A stretch of DNA of 64,000 nt, from positions 48,202 to 112,201 of IMG/VR virus record IMGVR_UViG_3300025759_000063, one strand, 5' to 3'. Positions 17,699 through 27,284 of this stretch are shown here, piece after piece (position 1 is the stretch's first letter; the number at the start of each line of letters is the position of its first letter). The notes under the pieces were generated by a model. The model saw nothing but the letters and a program-made list of their open reading frames with translations. It did not search any database and was not told the DNA's origin. The DNA is from a virus. A program made the position numbers and the translations under genes.

Positions 17699-17854
17699 TC
17701 AGTTATCTTCTTTGTTGGTATTCACTCGAACATTGTAAGGACTGCGCCAGTATGAACGGAAGCAAGTAACAACAATGAGAAGCGTTGAAAGAACACCAAC
17801 AAAACCAAGGATGGTGGTAGCATCGCCATTAAAGTTCAGAGTGTCAGGAGTCAT
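17699..17854 (-). CDS. Small single-pass membrane protein (51 aa, MTPDTLNFNGDATTILGFVGVLSTLLIVVTCFRSYWRSP...)
   Basis: Manual translation; stop TGA inside a motif copy. Confidence 0.6.
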   Translation of the reverse strand: MTPDTLNFNGDATTILGFVGVLSTLLIVVTCFRSYWRSPYNVRVNTNKEDN

Positions 17855-17993
17855 TTTGCGTAGATACAGTTAGGGTTAGAAATTTGTTCGGCACAGATTT
17901 TATCATATGCCTCAAGCATTTTACTATCTCGGTTTGCAAGAAAGGCATTATACATCAGAATGCCTATGAATGCAAGAAAGATGTAGGAGGTTT

Positions 17994-18230
17994 TCATTTG
18001 AGTTCGATACGATCAAAGAGAACCATTGCAAGGTCGAAATAGAGATCATCGTCCATTTCACCCATCGTAGCATCAAGTGCCTCACACACTAGTTGTTGCA
18101 TCATAGAGGCATAGGTCTCATTTGCATAGATGTGTTCCAAAACATCATTCTTCAGAGCATCAGCAATGTTAGAAACTGTTTGATTGGAGAGTGGCATTTT
18201 AGTAATCGTAGTTTCCGTTGATGTAATCAT
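17994..18230 (-). CDS. Hypothetical protein
   Basis: ORF track. Confidence 0.6.
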   Translation of the reverse strand: MITSTETTITKMPLSNQTVSNIADALKNDVLEHIYANETYASMMQQLVCEALDATMGEMDDDLYFDLAMVLFDRIELK

Positions 18231-18378
18231 TCAGATTGAAATTGCTAGCATCTTCATAGAGTTCGGCAAAATCATCATCGGAGATGTAATCAAAGTTTTC
18301 AAGCTCTTCAATTTGAATGTCGTCGAAAGGATTCATAGTTTCGTTTGTTCCTTACACTGTTGGTACACTTTAAGTGGC

Positions 18379-18642
18379 TCAGTTTACCTTATCGTAGACT
18401 GATTCCCTAGACTTAACAAATTTTAAGTCTTTCCATGATTGATTGTAACAGAGAATCAGGGTTCTTTCATTTCGATGTAATCCTGAATGTACTAGATCTT
18501 CTTCAGGTTTTGGTTTTACATTGATTTCAATGGTGAGATAATCTTTACATTTGAAGTAAATCCATCCTTCAATGTCAACACCAACACTCTGTTTCCACAG
18601 AACATAGTCATTTACTTTTGGTTCATACATATGCAAGTTCAA
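18379..18642 (-). CDS. Hypothetical protein
   Basis: ORF track; stop TGA inside a motif copy. Confidence 0.65.
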   Translation of the reverse strand: MNLHMYEPKVNDYVLWKQSVGVDIEGWIYFKCKDYLTIEINVKPKPEEDLVHSGLHRNERTLILCYNQSWKDLKFVKSRESVYDKVN

Positions 18643-18943
18643 GTGGAGTTAGTTTTGGTTTCATAGCTGAGTATGGAGAAGTATTCCCAAACTCTACCGA
18701 ATCTCCGCACTTGGAGGAGTTAATAGGGGCGTGATAGGATTCGGTTTTGGTGTTGAAGAATCCCCAAATACTTCGCGCACTAGCACCATCGTTGTAAACA
18801 AATTTATAATGATTGCGAATCCAAATAGCAATGATGTTGCGTTTAAATTCTTCAACTTCATAACTGTAACCCTCTGGTGCTGTGTGTTTGAATGATTCAG
18901 GTAAGGAAAGAATCAACGATTCCGATTTCTTCGTTCGCTTCAT
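18623..18943 (-). CDS. Conserved cyanophage hypothetical protein
   Basis: SIWGFFNTK...APINSSK.G...TSPYSAM motif. Confidence 0.65.
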   Translation of the reverse strand: MKRTKKSESLILSLPESFKHTAPEGYSYEVEEFKRNIIAIWIRNHYKFVYNDGASARSIWGFFNTKTESYHAPINSSKCGDSVEFGNTSPYSAMKPKLTPLELAYV

Positions 18944-19142
18944 TACTTAATTCCAAACGTGTTGCTCGATAAACATTTTCCTGAATCCGATCATCATAAG
19001 AACTCTCACATTCATCACGCCAATCAATCAAAACATCGTGACATTGATTGTCATTCTCAGCAACAACTGCAATCAATCCTCCATACTCAGAACTTGGAAA
19101 AGGAACCCAGTAATTAACAAGATACAAATACTTTTGTGCCAT
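18897..19142 (-). CDS. Conserved cyanophage hypothetical protein
   Basis: YWVPFPSSEYGGL motif. Confidence 0.65.
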   Translation of the reverse strand: MAQKYLYLVNYWVPFPSSEYGGLIAVVAENDNQCHDVLIDWRDECESSYDDRIQENVYRATRLELSNEANEEIGIVDSFLT

Positions 19143-19427
19143 TATCGAATAAAAATTACTTAGTGATTATATCAGAGATTGTAAAATTCTTCAAGATAAT
19201 AGGGTTCAGAGACTTGTAGTTTTGAAGCTTCTTCTTCAATCATTTTCCAAAATTCAATTTCGGAATCTGTCGGTTGTTCTTTGTTCAAATTTTCTTTCAT
19301 CATTTGGTCTAATTTTCTTAAAATAAAAACCTAGGATTAGTGACGTTACTGACACAATTCCTAGGTATATCATGCAAGCAAGAAGAATGCTCATTGAACT
19401 CTACACAATTAGGACACTTTAAGTGGC

Positions 19428-19640
19428 TCAGTCATCATAAACTCTACATTCAAGTGCATCGGGGTTTGCATCACAATAAAGTTCTAATGGAGTTGGATCG
19501 TGGTCATCATTTGGATGATTCTTTTTGTATTCTTTAAGAGCTTCTAATTCCTCTTCAGTATGCCTGCGAGACTGTGCAGAAATCATTGGATTGTCAAGGA
19601 TAGATTGATCCTTTTCAATATGTTTGTCGATGTTTTCCAT
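19428..19640 (-). CDS. cp12: CP12 Calvin-cycle inhibitor (auxiliary metabolic gene)
   Basis: C-terminal PTPLELYCDANPDALECRVYDD signature of CP12. Confidence 0.93.
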   Translation of the reverse strand: MENIDKHIEKDQSILDNPMISAQSRRHTEEELEALKEYKKNHPNDDHDPTPLELYCDANPDALECRVYDD

Positions 19641-19671
19641 TTGTCTTTTTGTTTCTTATATTTATTTTTAA

Positions 19672-19893
19672 TTAACCACCTTTTTCTTTCATACTTCGCA
19701 CCAAATACTCAGTAAACCTTTCCATTCGTGAAGGGCAAACTGCCTGAGGATATTGATTGATTGCATCCTTAAGTGCAACCAATTCATTCCACTCTTCTTC
19801 TGATAATTTTGTTTTGCCGCTAGGAGGAGTAATTGTCATGGTTGTGTCAGAATACCCTAACATTCTATCAGTATTTAATGCAGAACTTAGCAT
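19672..19893 (-). CDS. Hypothetical protein
   Basis: ORF track; start uncertain. Confidence 0.55.
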   Translation of the reverse strand: MLSSALNTDRMLGYSDTTMTITPPSGKTKLSEEEWNELVALKDAINQYPQAVCPSRMERFTEYLVRSMKEKGG

Positions 19894-19927
19894 TCTTAAT
19901 GTTTTCTTTGGGATTGGTTAAAATATC

Positions 19928-20152
19928 TTAATCAGTAAAGAATGGTCCAAAGTTTCCACTGCTGCCTGGTTTTCTGTCTTCAAGCATATCTAAAATGTTT
20001 TCAAACTTTTTCAGTTTTTCAATATCATAAAGAACCTTTGAGATTTGTTGAATCACCAAAGGTTTTTCATTTGTTGCAGCTGATTTGATTGCAGACCTGA
20101 GTGCAGATTCTGCATCAAGTAAATGGTCAAGTGTATTCTTTGAGAGTGTCAT
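19928..20152 (-). CDS. Hypothetical protein
   Basis: ORF track. Confidence 0.6.
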   Translation of the reverse strand: MTLSKNTLDHLLDAESALRSAIKSAATNEKPLVIQQISKVLYDIEKLKKFENILDMLEDRKPGSSGNFGPFFTD

Positions 20153-20329
20153 TAACTTTCAGTTTTCTCTTTGTTTAGTTCTACATTGTGCCAATAGATC
20201 TCAAGTGCTTTCACAGATTCGGGAGTTTCTTCCCATTCCCAAGTGTCACCTTTGGTACTTACATATGTACGTGTTGCCATACTATTCCTCCAAAATTAAA
20301 TTATAAAACAAAATAAGAAAAAAGTCAAA

Positions 20330-22939
20330 TTATACAGTAACTGCATATTTTACAACCTTTATTTCTGCTGATGTTGCATTTGCCATATCAACTTGTAAAA
20401 GTAAATTTGACCCACTTATTGTTGTTGAGAATGTGGCAAGATAGTTATTGGTTGCAACAGATCCACTCTCAACCAAACTTGCAGTAGAATCATTGTGAAT
20501 GACTAACAAATCCGTACATTGATAATCATTTCCTTGTGATATTTGAACTTGGTATCTAGCAGATCTATATGTTGATATTGGGAATGAATCTATTGTGGAT
20601 GTGGTAAGAGTCGATAATTGAGTTACTGCTGTTCCTATTCCAAGAATGTCAGAAAGATTCATAGAACCACCAGCAACGGTGGCATATCCAACATCATCGA
20701 CAAAGGCACTTAACCCCGTTGGTGCATTTGTCAAATCAGTATAGTCACCAGAGAATGTGGATATAGAAACTAAGTTGTTTACATATCCTTCTGTTGCATA
20801 ACCAACCACAATACTAGATGTTACAAATCCTACGTCATTTGAGAAAGAACTTAATGCCGTTGGAGTATTCGTTAAGTCTCCATAGTCTCCCGAGAATGTG
20901 GATATAGAAACTAAGTTGTTTACATATCCTTCTGTTGCATATCCTGTAACTACACTAGAAGTTACAAAACCAACATCATTACTAAATGAACTTAATGAAG
21001 TTGGTGTGTTTACAAGGTCGTTATAGTCACCCGAGAATGTAGATATGGAAACTAAGTTGTTTACATATCCTTCTGTTGCATATCCTACAACAATACTAGA
21101 AGTTACAAATCCTACATCATTACTAAATGAACTTAATCCTACTGGTGTGTTGGTAAGATCGTTGTAGTTTCCGGAGAATGTAGATACTGCAACGTGCTGT
21201 AAAACGTAACCTTCTGTTGCGTGACCAACAAGAGATGCAGCAGTAATAAATCCCAAATCATTTGAGAAAGAACTTAATCCTACTGGTGTGTTGGTAAGAT
21301 CATTGTAGTTTCCAGAGAATGTAGATATGGAAACAAGATTGTTTACATAAGTTTCGGTGACATATCCAACCAAATTGGGTGGAGTGTAAGTGAAAACACC
21401 AGTGGTATCATCATAAGAAAGATTTGCTGTTCCTGGAGAACCTACTGTTACAGAAAAAGCATCAAGATCAGCACCACCGCCTCCACCACCACCTACAACA
21501 GTTTCAAATACAAACTTACGTGAAGGATGATCATATTTCAGAAACTTACCATTATACGCAGATGGATTTGTTGCAATACCAACAACATCATCCAGATATT
21601 TAAGTTGTGTTTCTCCGCCACCACCAAGAGTAGACAACTGATGTTGAATTCTATTGATAAATGTTCTGTAATGTTCTTGAAGTTGTTTAAACGTAACAAA
21701 ATTCTGATCCAATGGGGTCAAAGGATCTTTATTGTCAGTTTGTGGAGGTTCTGTAATAGTTTCTTGAAGATATTCTTTTTGAGACTCATTAAAGTGCTCA
21801 AAGATTTCTTCCAAATGCTTAATCTTATCATTTAAAAGTGCATTACTTTTCTGATAATTTTCATAGAGTTTTTCCAACTCTTTCTTATCAGTTTTCTTTG
21901 CAGAAATTACTTTCTTAGATAGACTATCAAAGTTACTCTTTAATGATTCTATTTCCTCATCATAGCATTTTACCTCAGGCAATACCTGCAGTTCCGGAAT
22001 TGAATTCTTAATCTCAACAATCTTTTGACTGATGATATTAAGTTCTTCATCATAATACTTTGGTTCGGGAAGAAGATTGATAGATTCCTTTAATTCGCCA
22101 ATCTTACTCTCAATCTCAACAATTTGATCATCATAATACCTAACTTCCGGAAACTCAGGAATTGTTGGAATACTTGAGTTTACTTGATCTATCTTCTCAT
22201 GGAGATGAATTATATTTTCATCATAATACTTAATCTCAGGAACTACAGGAATTGAAGCATTAACTTCCGCAAGTCTTTGCTCAATCTTACTAATCTGCTC
22301 ATCATAACACTTTACTTCAGGAAGACTCTCAATCTGATTCTTAATAGAATCAATTGTAGTCAGAAGTTCTTCAAGCTCTCTATCATAATATTTGATTTCA
22401 GGAACTACTGGAATTGAATTCTTAACTTCTACAATTACATTTCTAAGTTGATCTAAATCCTCATCATAAAGGATTGGTTCAGGTATCTTTGGAATTTCAG
22501 ACCTGATACCGTCAATCTCTTCTCTTAAGATAAAAAGATTTTTGTAGATGTAAGTTGCATCAAATTTATCTTCTTTAATTCTATCAATATAAGATTTTAA
22601 TTCATCAATTTTACTATCGTATTTTGCAGTACTTACAATATTTTCTCTTATTTGATCTATGTTACTTGATATATTATAGACCAATTCTTCTATATTTTTC
22701 TTCTCAGGTTCTTCTTTAATATAGTCGTCTTCTAAAACTACTTCTACTTCTTTCGCAATTTTTATATCATTGAATAAAAGTTTTGGACTTAATAATTTTT
22801 TATTATTTGCATTATTATCTTCAATTATTTTTTGGCATTCTAATTCATCCAAAAGATCTAATCTTTTTTCTTCAAATAATTCTTTTGGAGATTTTATTTT
22901 TTTAGACATAAATTCTGCGTCAGATCTTTTTTCCATCAT
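20330..22939 (-). CDS. Large repeat-containing putative virion protein
   Basis: N-terminal coiled coil with repeated PE(V/I)K(Y/C)YD motifs; five ~47-aa STFSG(N/D)YNDL repeats; C-terminal YRSARYQVQI domain shared with 46084-48963; late promoter upstream. Confidence 0.7.
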   Translation of the reverse strand: MMEKRSDAEFMSKKIKSPKELFEEKRLDLLDELECQKIIEDNNANNKKLLSPKLLFNDIKIAKEVEVVLEDDYIKEEPEKKNIEELVYNISSNIDQIRENIVSTAKYDSKIDELKSYIDRIKEDKFDATYIYKNLFILREEIDGIRSEIPKIPEPILYDEDLDQLRNVIVEVKNSIPVVPEIKYYDRELEELLTTIDSIKNQIESLPEVKCYDEQISKIEQRLAEVNASIPVVPEIKYYDENIIHLHEKIDQVNSSIPTIPEFPEVRYYDDQIVEIESKIGELKESINLLPEPKYYDEELNIISQKIVEIKNSIPELQVLPEVKCYDEEIESLKSNFDSLSKKVISAKKTDKKELEKLYENYQKSNALLNDKIKHLEEIFEHFNESQKEYLQETITEPPQTDNKDPLTPLDQNFVTFKQLQEHYRTFINRIQHQLSTLGGGGETQLKYLDDVVGIATNPSAYNGKFLKYDHPSRKFVFETVVGGGGGGGADLDAFSVTVGSPGTANLSYDDTTGVFTYTPPNLVGYVTETYVNNLVSISTFSGNYNDLTNTPVGLSSFSNDLGFITAASLVGHATEGYVLQHVAVSTFSGNYNDLTNTPVGLSSFSNDVGFVTSSIVVGYATEGYVNNLVSISTFSGDYNDLVNTPTSLSSFSNDVGFVTSSVVTGYATEGYVNNLVSISTFSGDYGDLTNTPTALSSFSNDVGFVTSSIVVGYATEGYVNNLVSISTFSGDYTDLTNAPTGLSAFVDDVGYATVAGGSMNLSDILGIGTAVTQLSTLTTSTIDSFPISTYRSARYQVQISQGNDYQCTDLLVIHNDSTASLVESGSVATNNYLATFSTTISGSNLLLQVDMANATSAEIKVVKYAVTV

Positions 22940-22957
22940 TTTGATTTTAAATATTTA

Positions 22958-23296
22958 TTATGAAGGAAGAGTCGCAGATCCATTTACTATTGCATTTCCC
23001 TCAAATCTTTTGGTTCTTTTTCCTGCTGGGGAAATTAAAAATATATCATAATAGTATCTACCAGGATCTAAGTTTTTTGTGACAGAAGATCCCAGAGATA
23101 CTGTTGTAATACCAAGTGTGGTATCTATTGTTGGATTTAAATTGTAAGAAGTAGTAGCACCAGGATGCTTTTTCAGATTCGATTCAACAGTATAAGATGC
23201 AAGACTTGGGATACTATTATCGGGATTCAGAATCTTAAAAGTAGAATCAAAATCCTCTCCCTGCTCAATTACAATATTAACTGCTAAAGTTGACAT
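22958..23296 (-). CDS. Small structural protein (baseplate-upper/Ig-like)
   Basis: NIVIEQGEDF...PGRYYYDI...EG.AIV pattern; CTAAAT late-like motif upstream. Confidence 0.6.
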   Translation of the reverse strand: MSTLAVNIVIEQGEDFDSTFKILNPDNSIPSLASYTVESNLKKHPGATTSYNLNPTIDTTLGITTVSLGSSVTKNLDPGRYYYDIFLISPAGKRTKRFEGNAIVNGSATLPS

Positions 23297-23337
23297 CTCT
23301 CGTAACTACTATCCTAATCATATTTAGTTTATGATTC

Positions 23338-23553
23338 TTACAACTTACCACCAACAGTTCCTTCATGAGTGACTGAATCTCCCCAACCGTCTTGTCGCAT
23401 TTTTAAAAAAAATCTTGTGGCGCTCACGCAGTTTTTCTCAGTAAGTGATGTAAGAATACATTTACCATCTTTGTCATAAGAGTTCCACATTTTCCAACGT
23501 GATTGCTCCACATAGAAAGCACCATCATCATAAAATTGTTTTTCTTCGGGCAT
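23338..23553 (-). CDS. Hypothetical protein
   Basis: ORF track; ends GTVGGKL. Confidence 0.6.
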   Translation of the reverse strand: MPEEKQFYDDGAFYVEQSRWKMWNSYDKDGKCILTSLTEKNCVSATRFFLKMRQDGWGDSVTHEGTVGGKL

Positions 23554-23697
23554 TTTGATAGTTTGAGAGTTGACGTTTAACTTCGACTTCGATACTTACA
23601 AGTTTATTGTGAAGAAATTGTTCGTACTCATTTCCTTCAAATAAATTGCAAAGATTATTCACCTGAACAAGAGCAAGGTGAAGTTTCATTTCATCGG

Positions 23698-24036
23698 TCA
23701 TTTTTTACCCATGCCCTTTCTCTTTCTTCCAGAAGTCTTGTCATTGCTGCTAGTGTTTCGAGTGGAATCCATGCGGGTTCCTCTTTTGCGAACTGGACTT
23801 GAACTTCTGTTACTTTTCGGTTGAGACTTTTGCTCCAGGTTTCTCTTGTGAGTTTTACGTGTGCGATTGGGTTTTCCATTTTTATAATCAAGTTTAATTT
23901 CTTTTGGTTTAAGTTTGTGTCTGTCTATGTATTTGTCAAGATGTTCCTGACATGAAAACCAACAGACTTTACCATCATCTTTGTGCTCCAATCGGAACCC
24001 AAAGGTTTCATAAGGAAACAAATTAACCTCTTTCAT
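23698..24036 (-). CDS. Hypothetical protein (overlapped by an alternative ORF 23691-23879)
   Basis: ORF track. Confidence 0.55.
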   Translation of the reverse strand: MKEVNLFPYETFGFRLEHKDDGKVCWFSCQEHLDKYIDRHKLKPKEIKLDYKNGKPNRTRKTHKRNLEQKSQPKSNRSSSPVRKRGTRMDSTRNTSSNDKTSGRKRKGMGKK

Positions 24037-24509
24037 TTATGCTCCCAAAAATCATCCCAATCTTTCTTGGTAGATGCAATATCAATTTTAGCACGTTGAT
24101 TGTAGTATTCTGCTTCACGCAGATTATAATCACGACACTTTTCTTTTTCCTGATCTGATGCTGCTTTATCGCACATTGCATTCAGTTCTTCTTCTGTATA
24201 ATTTGTATTAAACTGAATAATACTTCTATCAGAAAGACTAAAATCACCAACTGGACTTGGAGTATCTCCAGTAATCAATGACATTGCCAGATTTACCTTT
24301 TCTAATTTCTTGTGATGATACTCCTTCCAGTCTTTCAAAGCATCCATTAGATCTGTGAAGAATGTCACACTCGAATAGTTATCATCATCAAGATACTCTC
24401 CAACTATATCAAAAAGACGACACTTCATGTTTTGATGAAGCAAGTCAACTGTTTTTGAATCAATTTCCTTTGTCATTGAGTTTCTCCTCAAGTTCTTCAA
24501 TTCTAACAT
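24033..24509 (-). CDS. Hypothetical protein
   Basis: ORF track. Confidence 0.6.
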   Translation of the reverse strand: MLELKNLRRNSMTKEIDSKTVDLLHQNMKCRLFDIVGEYLDDDNYSSVTFFTDLMDALKDWKEYHHKKLEKVNLAMSLITGDTPSPVGDFSLSDRSIIQFNTNYTEEELNAMCDKAASDQEKEKCRDYNLREAEYYNQRAKIDIASTKKDWDDFWEHK

Positions 24510-24741
24510 AAAGATCTTCGATTAGTGAAGTGAGATTGTAAAAGTTGACTTTTCCAAACTCATAGTATCCATTGTCTGCTGTAATTTCACCGAAGATTTC
24601 TCTCCATTTATGTGTTCTTTCAGTCATCACAAGTGTCCATAGTTTTGTTGGTAATAAAGGAATCTTTGCATTGATGGTCTAATACCTAAACTCTCACAAC
24701 ATCTCAAATAAGAGATGAATTCATACCAAGGTGCTGTAGGA

Positions 24742-24951
24742 TCAGTGTCCGCCATATCTACACCTCATTGTGTGAAGATACTTAAGAACTTCTTCTCGAA
24801 CTTCCATCAGTTCATTGTAACACTTTTGATTGTGTGCACATTGGCGAAGTGATGAATCTGGTTTGTGAACAGATTCGATAAAGATGTCAAGTCCCCTCAA
24901 CATCTTATCTTCTTTAGATTCACCGTCAGGAATACTGTTCTGGTCTTTCAT
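24742..24951 (-). CDS. Conserved cyanophage hypothetical protein
   Basis: ESVHKPD..LRQCAHNQKCYNELM motif. Confidence 0.65.
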   Translation of the reverse strand: MKDQNSIPDGESKEDKMLRGLDIFIESVHKPDSSLRQCAHNQKCYNELMEVREEVLKYLHTMRCRYGGH

Positions 24952-25130
24952 TTGGATTCTAGTTCAATGGGACAATCTGAGTATTCCTTGAGAGTTTGTA
25001 GAATCTCTTGCTTTTCTGATTGGGTGATAGAATTGTTATCAAACATTCTGTTTGCAATTCTATTGAAATCGGAGCAAGAAAGTTCTAGAGACAGCATTAA
25101 CTCTAACATGGCAATCCTCCAGGATTACAT

Positions 25131-25325
25131 CTATTTAACAACCTCCCAATGGTCATCAGATCCCTCACTCATCCAGAACCAGTATTTGCCACTGATAGAT
25201 GCAAGAAACATCTTCCCATCTTTACGATTCTCCACTCTACATGTATGAAGGCTATTCATCATGTTAGCAAAACGATTTTTTGCCTTTGATGACTTCGGTT
25301 TGACGCAAATTAGATCAGTTTTCAT
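25131..25325 (-). CDS. Conserved hypothetical early protein
   Basis: VKPKSSKAKNRFANMM motif; follows a motif copy. Confidence 0.7.
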   Translation of the reverse strand: MKTDLICVKPKSSKAKNRFANMMNSLHTCRVENRKDGKMFLASISGKYWFWMSEGSDDHWEVVK

Positions 25326-25370
25326 TTGGGTGGTGGAATCTAATACTAGAACAGTTTAAGTGGCTCAGAT

Positions 25371-25393
25371 AAAAAAAGAGACCCGAAAGTCTC
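25371..25393 (-). terminator. Rho-independent terminator
   Basis: GAGACT-TTCG-GGTCTC followed by a T run. Confidence 0.75.
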
Positions 25394-25399
25394 ATTTCT

Positions 25400-26512
25400 T
25401 CACAATTTATCCAGAGGAATCAAACGATTCATAGAGCGAAGTTCTTTGTGCTTCTCATCATCAGCAAACTGGGGAATTGCGCCAATGATAGTGAAAGGAC
25501 GCTCGGAAGGGAGAGCAATTTGAATTCCTGCCAACTGACTATTGATCAATTTAATAGTTTGAGCATAGAACATCTCAAGATCATTGGTAAAGTTCTTTAC
25601 TTCTTCACGCAACTTGTCAGCAGTTTTTTCAGTACAGTAAAGAACAATATGAGTGTGATGACCCTGAGTAGTATTTGCAAGAATTTGGTCAACCCAGCAG
25701 CGCCGAGCATTAGTCTTACCAGTAGAATAAAGAACCAACTGATTCTCATTCAAAGGATTGGGGGTGTCTGGAAGAGAAATTCCCAGAGATTTGACTTCTT
25801 TACAATCTTCAAGGTACTCAATCCACTCAGAACGAGTCTTATCAATAATAATTGGGTCACCATCTGGTGTAGACTCTTTAAGAATACGATTAGAAATCTT
25901 TGTAATTGTACCCGCAATATTACTATAGAAACTTTCAATTCCAACTTCAGTATAAAGCCAGGTATCAATAGATGCCTGATCGCAGTTAAGAAGTCCTTTG
26001 CTAACCATTGCACAACCAGCAGTCACAAAGTCGTTCATATTTGCACGACGAGCAACCAAGTGATTGTTGGCAATCAGACCATTAACAATATCAGATGCTT
26101 CTTCGTTGACTTCTTCATCATATGAGAAGATAGCAACAAGAATATATTTCCAACCCGCAACAAGTGCTGCACGAATACGGGTACGACCATCTTTAATTTT
26201 TCCTTTAGTAGAGACGATTGGTGGGAATGGATTATAATCCCAACCGTGCTCTTCATAACTATATGCAATATCATCAGTAGCATCATCCTTATTCTGCTCA
26301 CTGCGAACTGCAACGTTATTCAATTCATCATCATAAAGTTTGTAACCAGAAATATCAATCTTGGCAAATTTTACAAACTTTCCATATTTTTGCTTGGCAT
26401 TTAGTTGTTCTTTAGACCAACGACCCTCATATTGCTTAGGATCAAGGTCTGCGCAAGTAACCTTACCGAATCCAACTCCAGCAGTAGACATAATAATTTG
26501 CTCCAATAGCAT
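25400..26512 (-). CDS. ParB/Srx-like N-terminal domain protein
   Basis: SYEEHGWDY..FPPIVS..GKIKDGRTRIRAAL. Confidence 0.65.
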   Translation of the reverse strand: MLLEQIIMSTAGVGFGKVTCADLDPKQYEGRWSKEQLNAKQKYGKFVKFAKIDISGYKLYDDELNNVAVRSEQNKDDATDDIAYSYEEHGWDYNPFPPIVSTKGKIKDGRTRIRAALVAGWKYILVAIFSYDEEVNEEASDIVNGLIANNHLVARRANMNDFVTAGCAMVSKGLLNCDQASIDTWLYTEVGIESFYSNIAGTITKISNRILKESTPDGDPIIIDKTRSEWIEYLEDCKEVKSLGISLPDTPNPLNENQLVLYSTGKTNARRCWVDQILANTTQGHHTHIVLYCTEKTADKLREEVKNFTNDLEMFYAQTIKLINSQLAGIQIALPSERPFTIIGAIPQFADDEKHKELRSMNRLIPLDKL

Positions 26513-26595
26513 TTTGTAAAGGATGTAAGAGAGGAAACTGCCAGAGGCATCTCCCTCACATCACTAGAACATTTTAAGGGGCTCAGTGAGATTTG

Positions 26596-27087
26596 TCAAG
26601 CATGTATGATTTCATCTGTTAACAAACGCTCACCTAATACTCTCTTCATTAACTCCAAGGATATTTGTTGAGGACGTTCTTTCCATCCATACCAACGACT
26701 CTTCTTTCCTTGTTCATGTGGTGGTAATTTTCCTACGGAAAAGTACTGCTCCGCAGTACAGTCATAAATTTTATCTCCATTCTGTACCCACCAGTGCTTT
26801 TCTCCTCTATAATCTTCAGCACTCATTGGGTATAGTAAATCAGTATTCATCAGATAAACTAATGCTTGACTTGAATGATAGCAGTGACCATAACAACGAT
26901 TAAACTTTATATCATCAGGATACATTAAAGACTTTCTACCTTTAAGTAAATCTGGTGATAGATTCTTGCGAATCAAACCTATCACCAAACACATATTCTT
27001 TTCGGTATATTCAAAGGGTTCAAAAGTCAATCTTCGAGTCTGAAATATCTCCTTATCTTTATATCTGTGTCTCTCTATAATCTTCAT
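26596..27087 (-). CDS. Hypothetical protein with possible Cys-His-Asp (papain/transglutaminase-like) triad
   Basis: GHCYHSSQAL...HWWV...IYDCTAEQY. Confidence 0.5.
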   Translation of the reverse strand: MKIIERHRYKDKEIFQTRRLTFEPFEYTEKNMCLVIGLIRKNLSPDLLKGRKSLMYPDDIKFNRCYGHCYHSSQALVYLMNTDLLYPMSAEDYRGEKHWWVQNGDKIYDCTAEQYFSVGKLPPHEQGKKSRWYGWKERPQQISLELMKRVLGERLLTDEIIHA

Positions 27088-27126
27088 ATAATCTTAGCTA
27101 TAATTAACCTGAACCCTAACAAAGGT

Positions 27127-27155
27127 ATTCTACAGAGAAATTAGATGCTTGTCAA
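27127..27155 (-). promoter_or_regulatory. sigma70 promoter TTGACA-17-TAGAAT
   Basis: Near-consensus; upstream of the 27087 start. Confidence 0.75.
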
Positions 27156-27284
27156 GCCATTGATTTTGATGTAGAATGTTGTTACGGATTTATCAGGCAG
27201 CAAAGATGTTTACGAATTCTTCTGGAAGATTGTATTATTCTCAATTTAGTAAGAATCTTTGTTTACAATATATTCTATAAAAAT

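Larger units (their letters stand above)
3819..26586 (-). repeat. 18 dispersed copies of a ~30-bp motif, minus-strand consensus CTGAGCCMCTTAAASTGTYCYAGTAGTGTA; probable phage early promoter
   Basis: Copies at 3819-3848, 4259-4288, 5439-5468, 6316-6345, 6705-6734, 7640-7669, 8516-8545, 9985-10014, 10911-10940, 13854-13883, 15915-15944, 16468-16497, 16748-16777, 17673-17702, 18353-18382, 19402-19431, 25339-25368, 26557-26586; all the same orientation, each shortly upstream of a start codon. Confidence 0.9.

Noticed and set aside
3819-26586. 30-bp motif as CRISPR repeats or integron attC sites
   Set aside because: Spacing is gene-sized and irregular, there is no extended attC-type inverted structure and no integrase in the window; promoter geometry fits better
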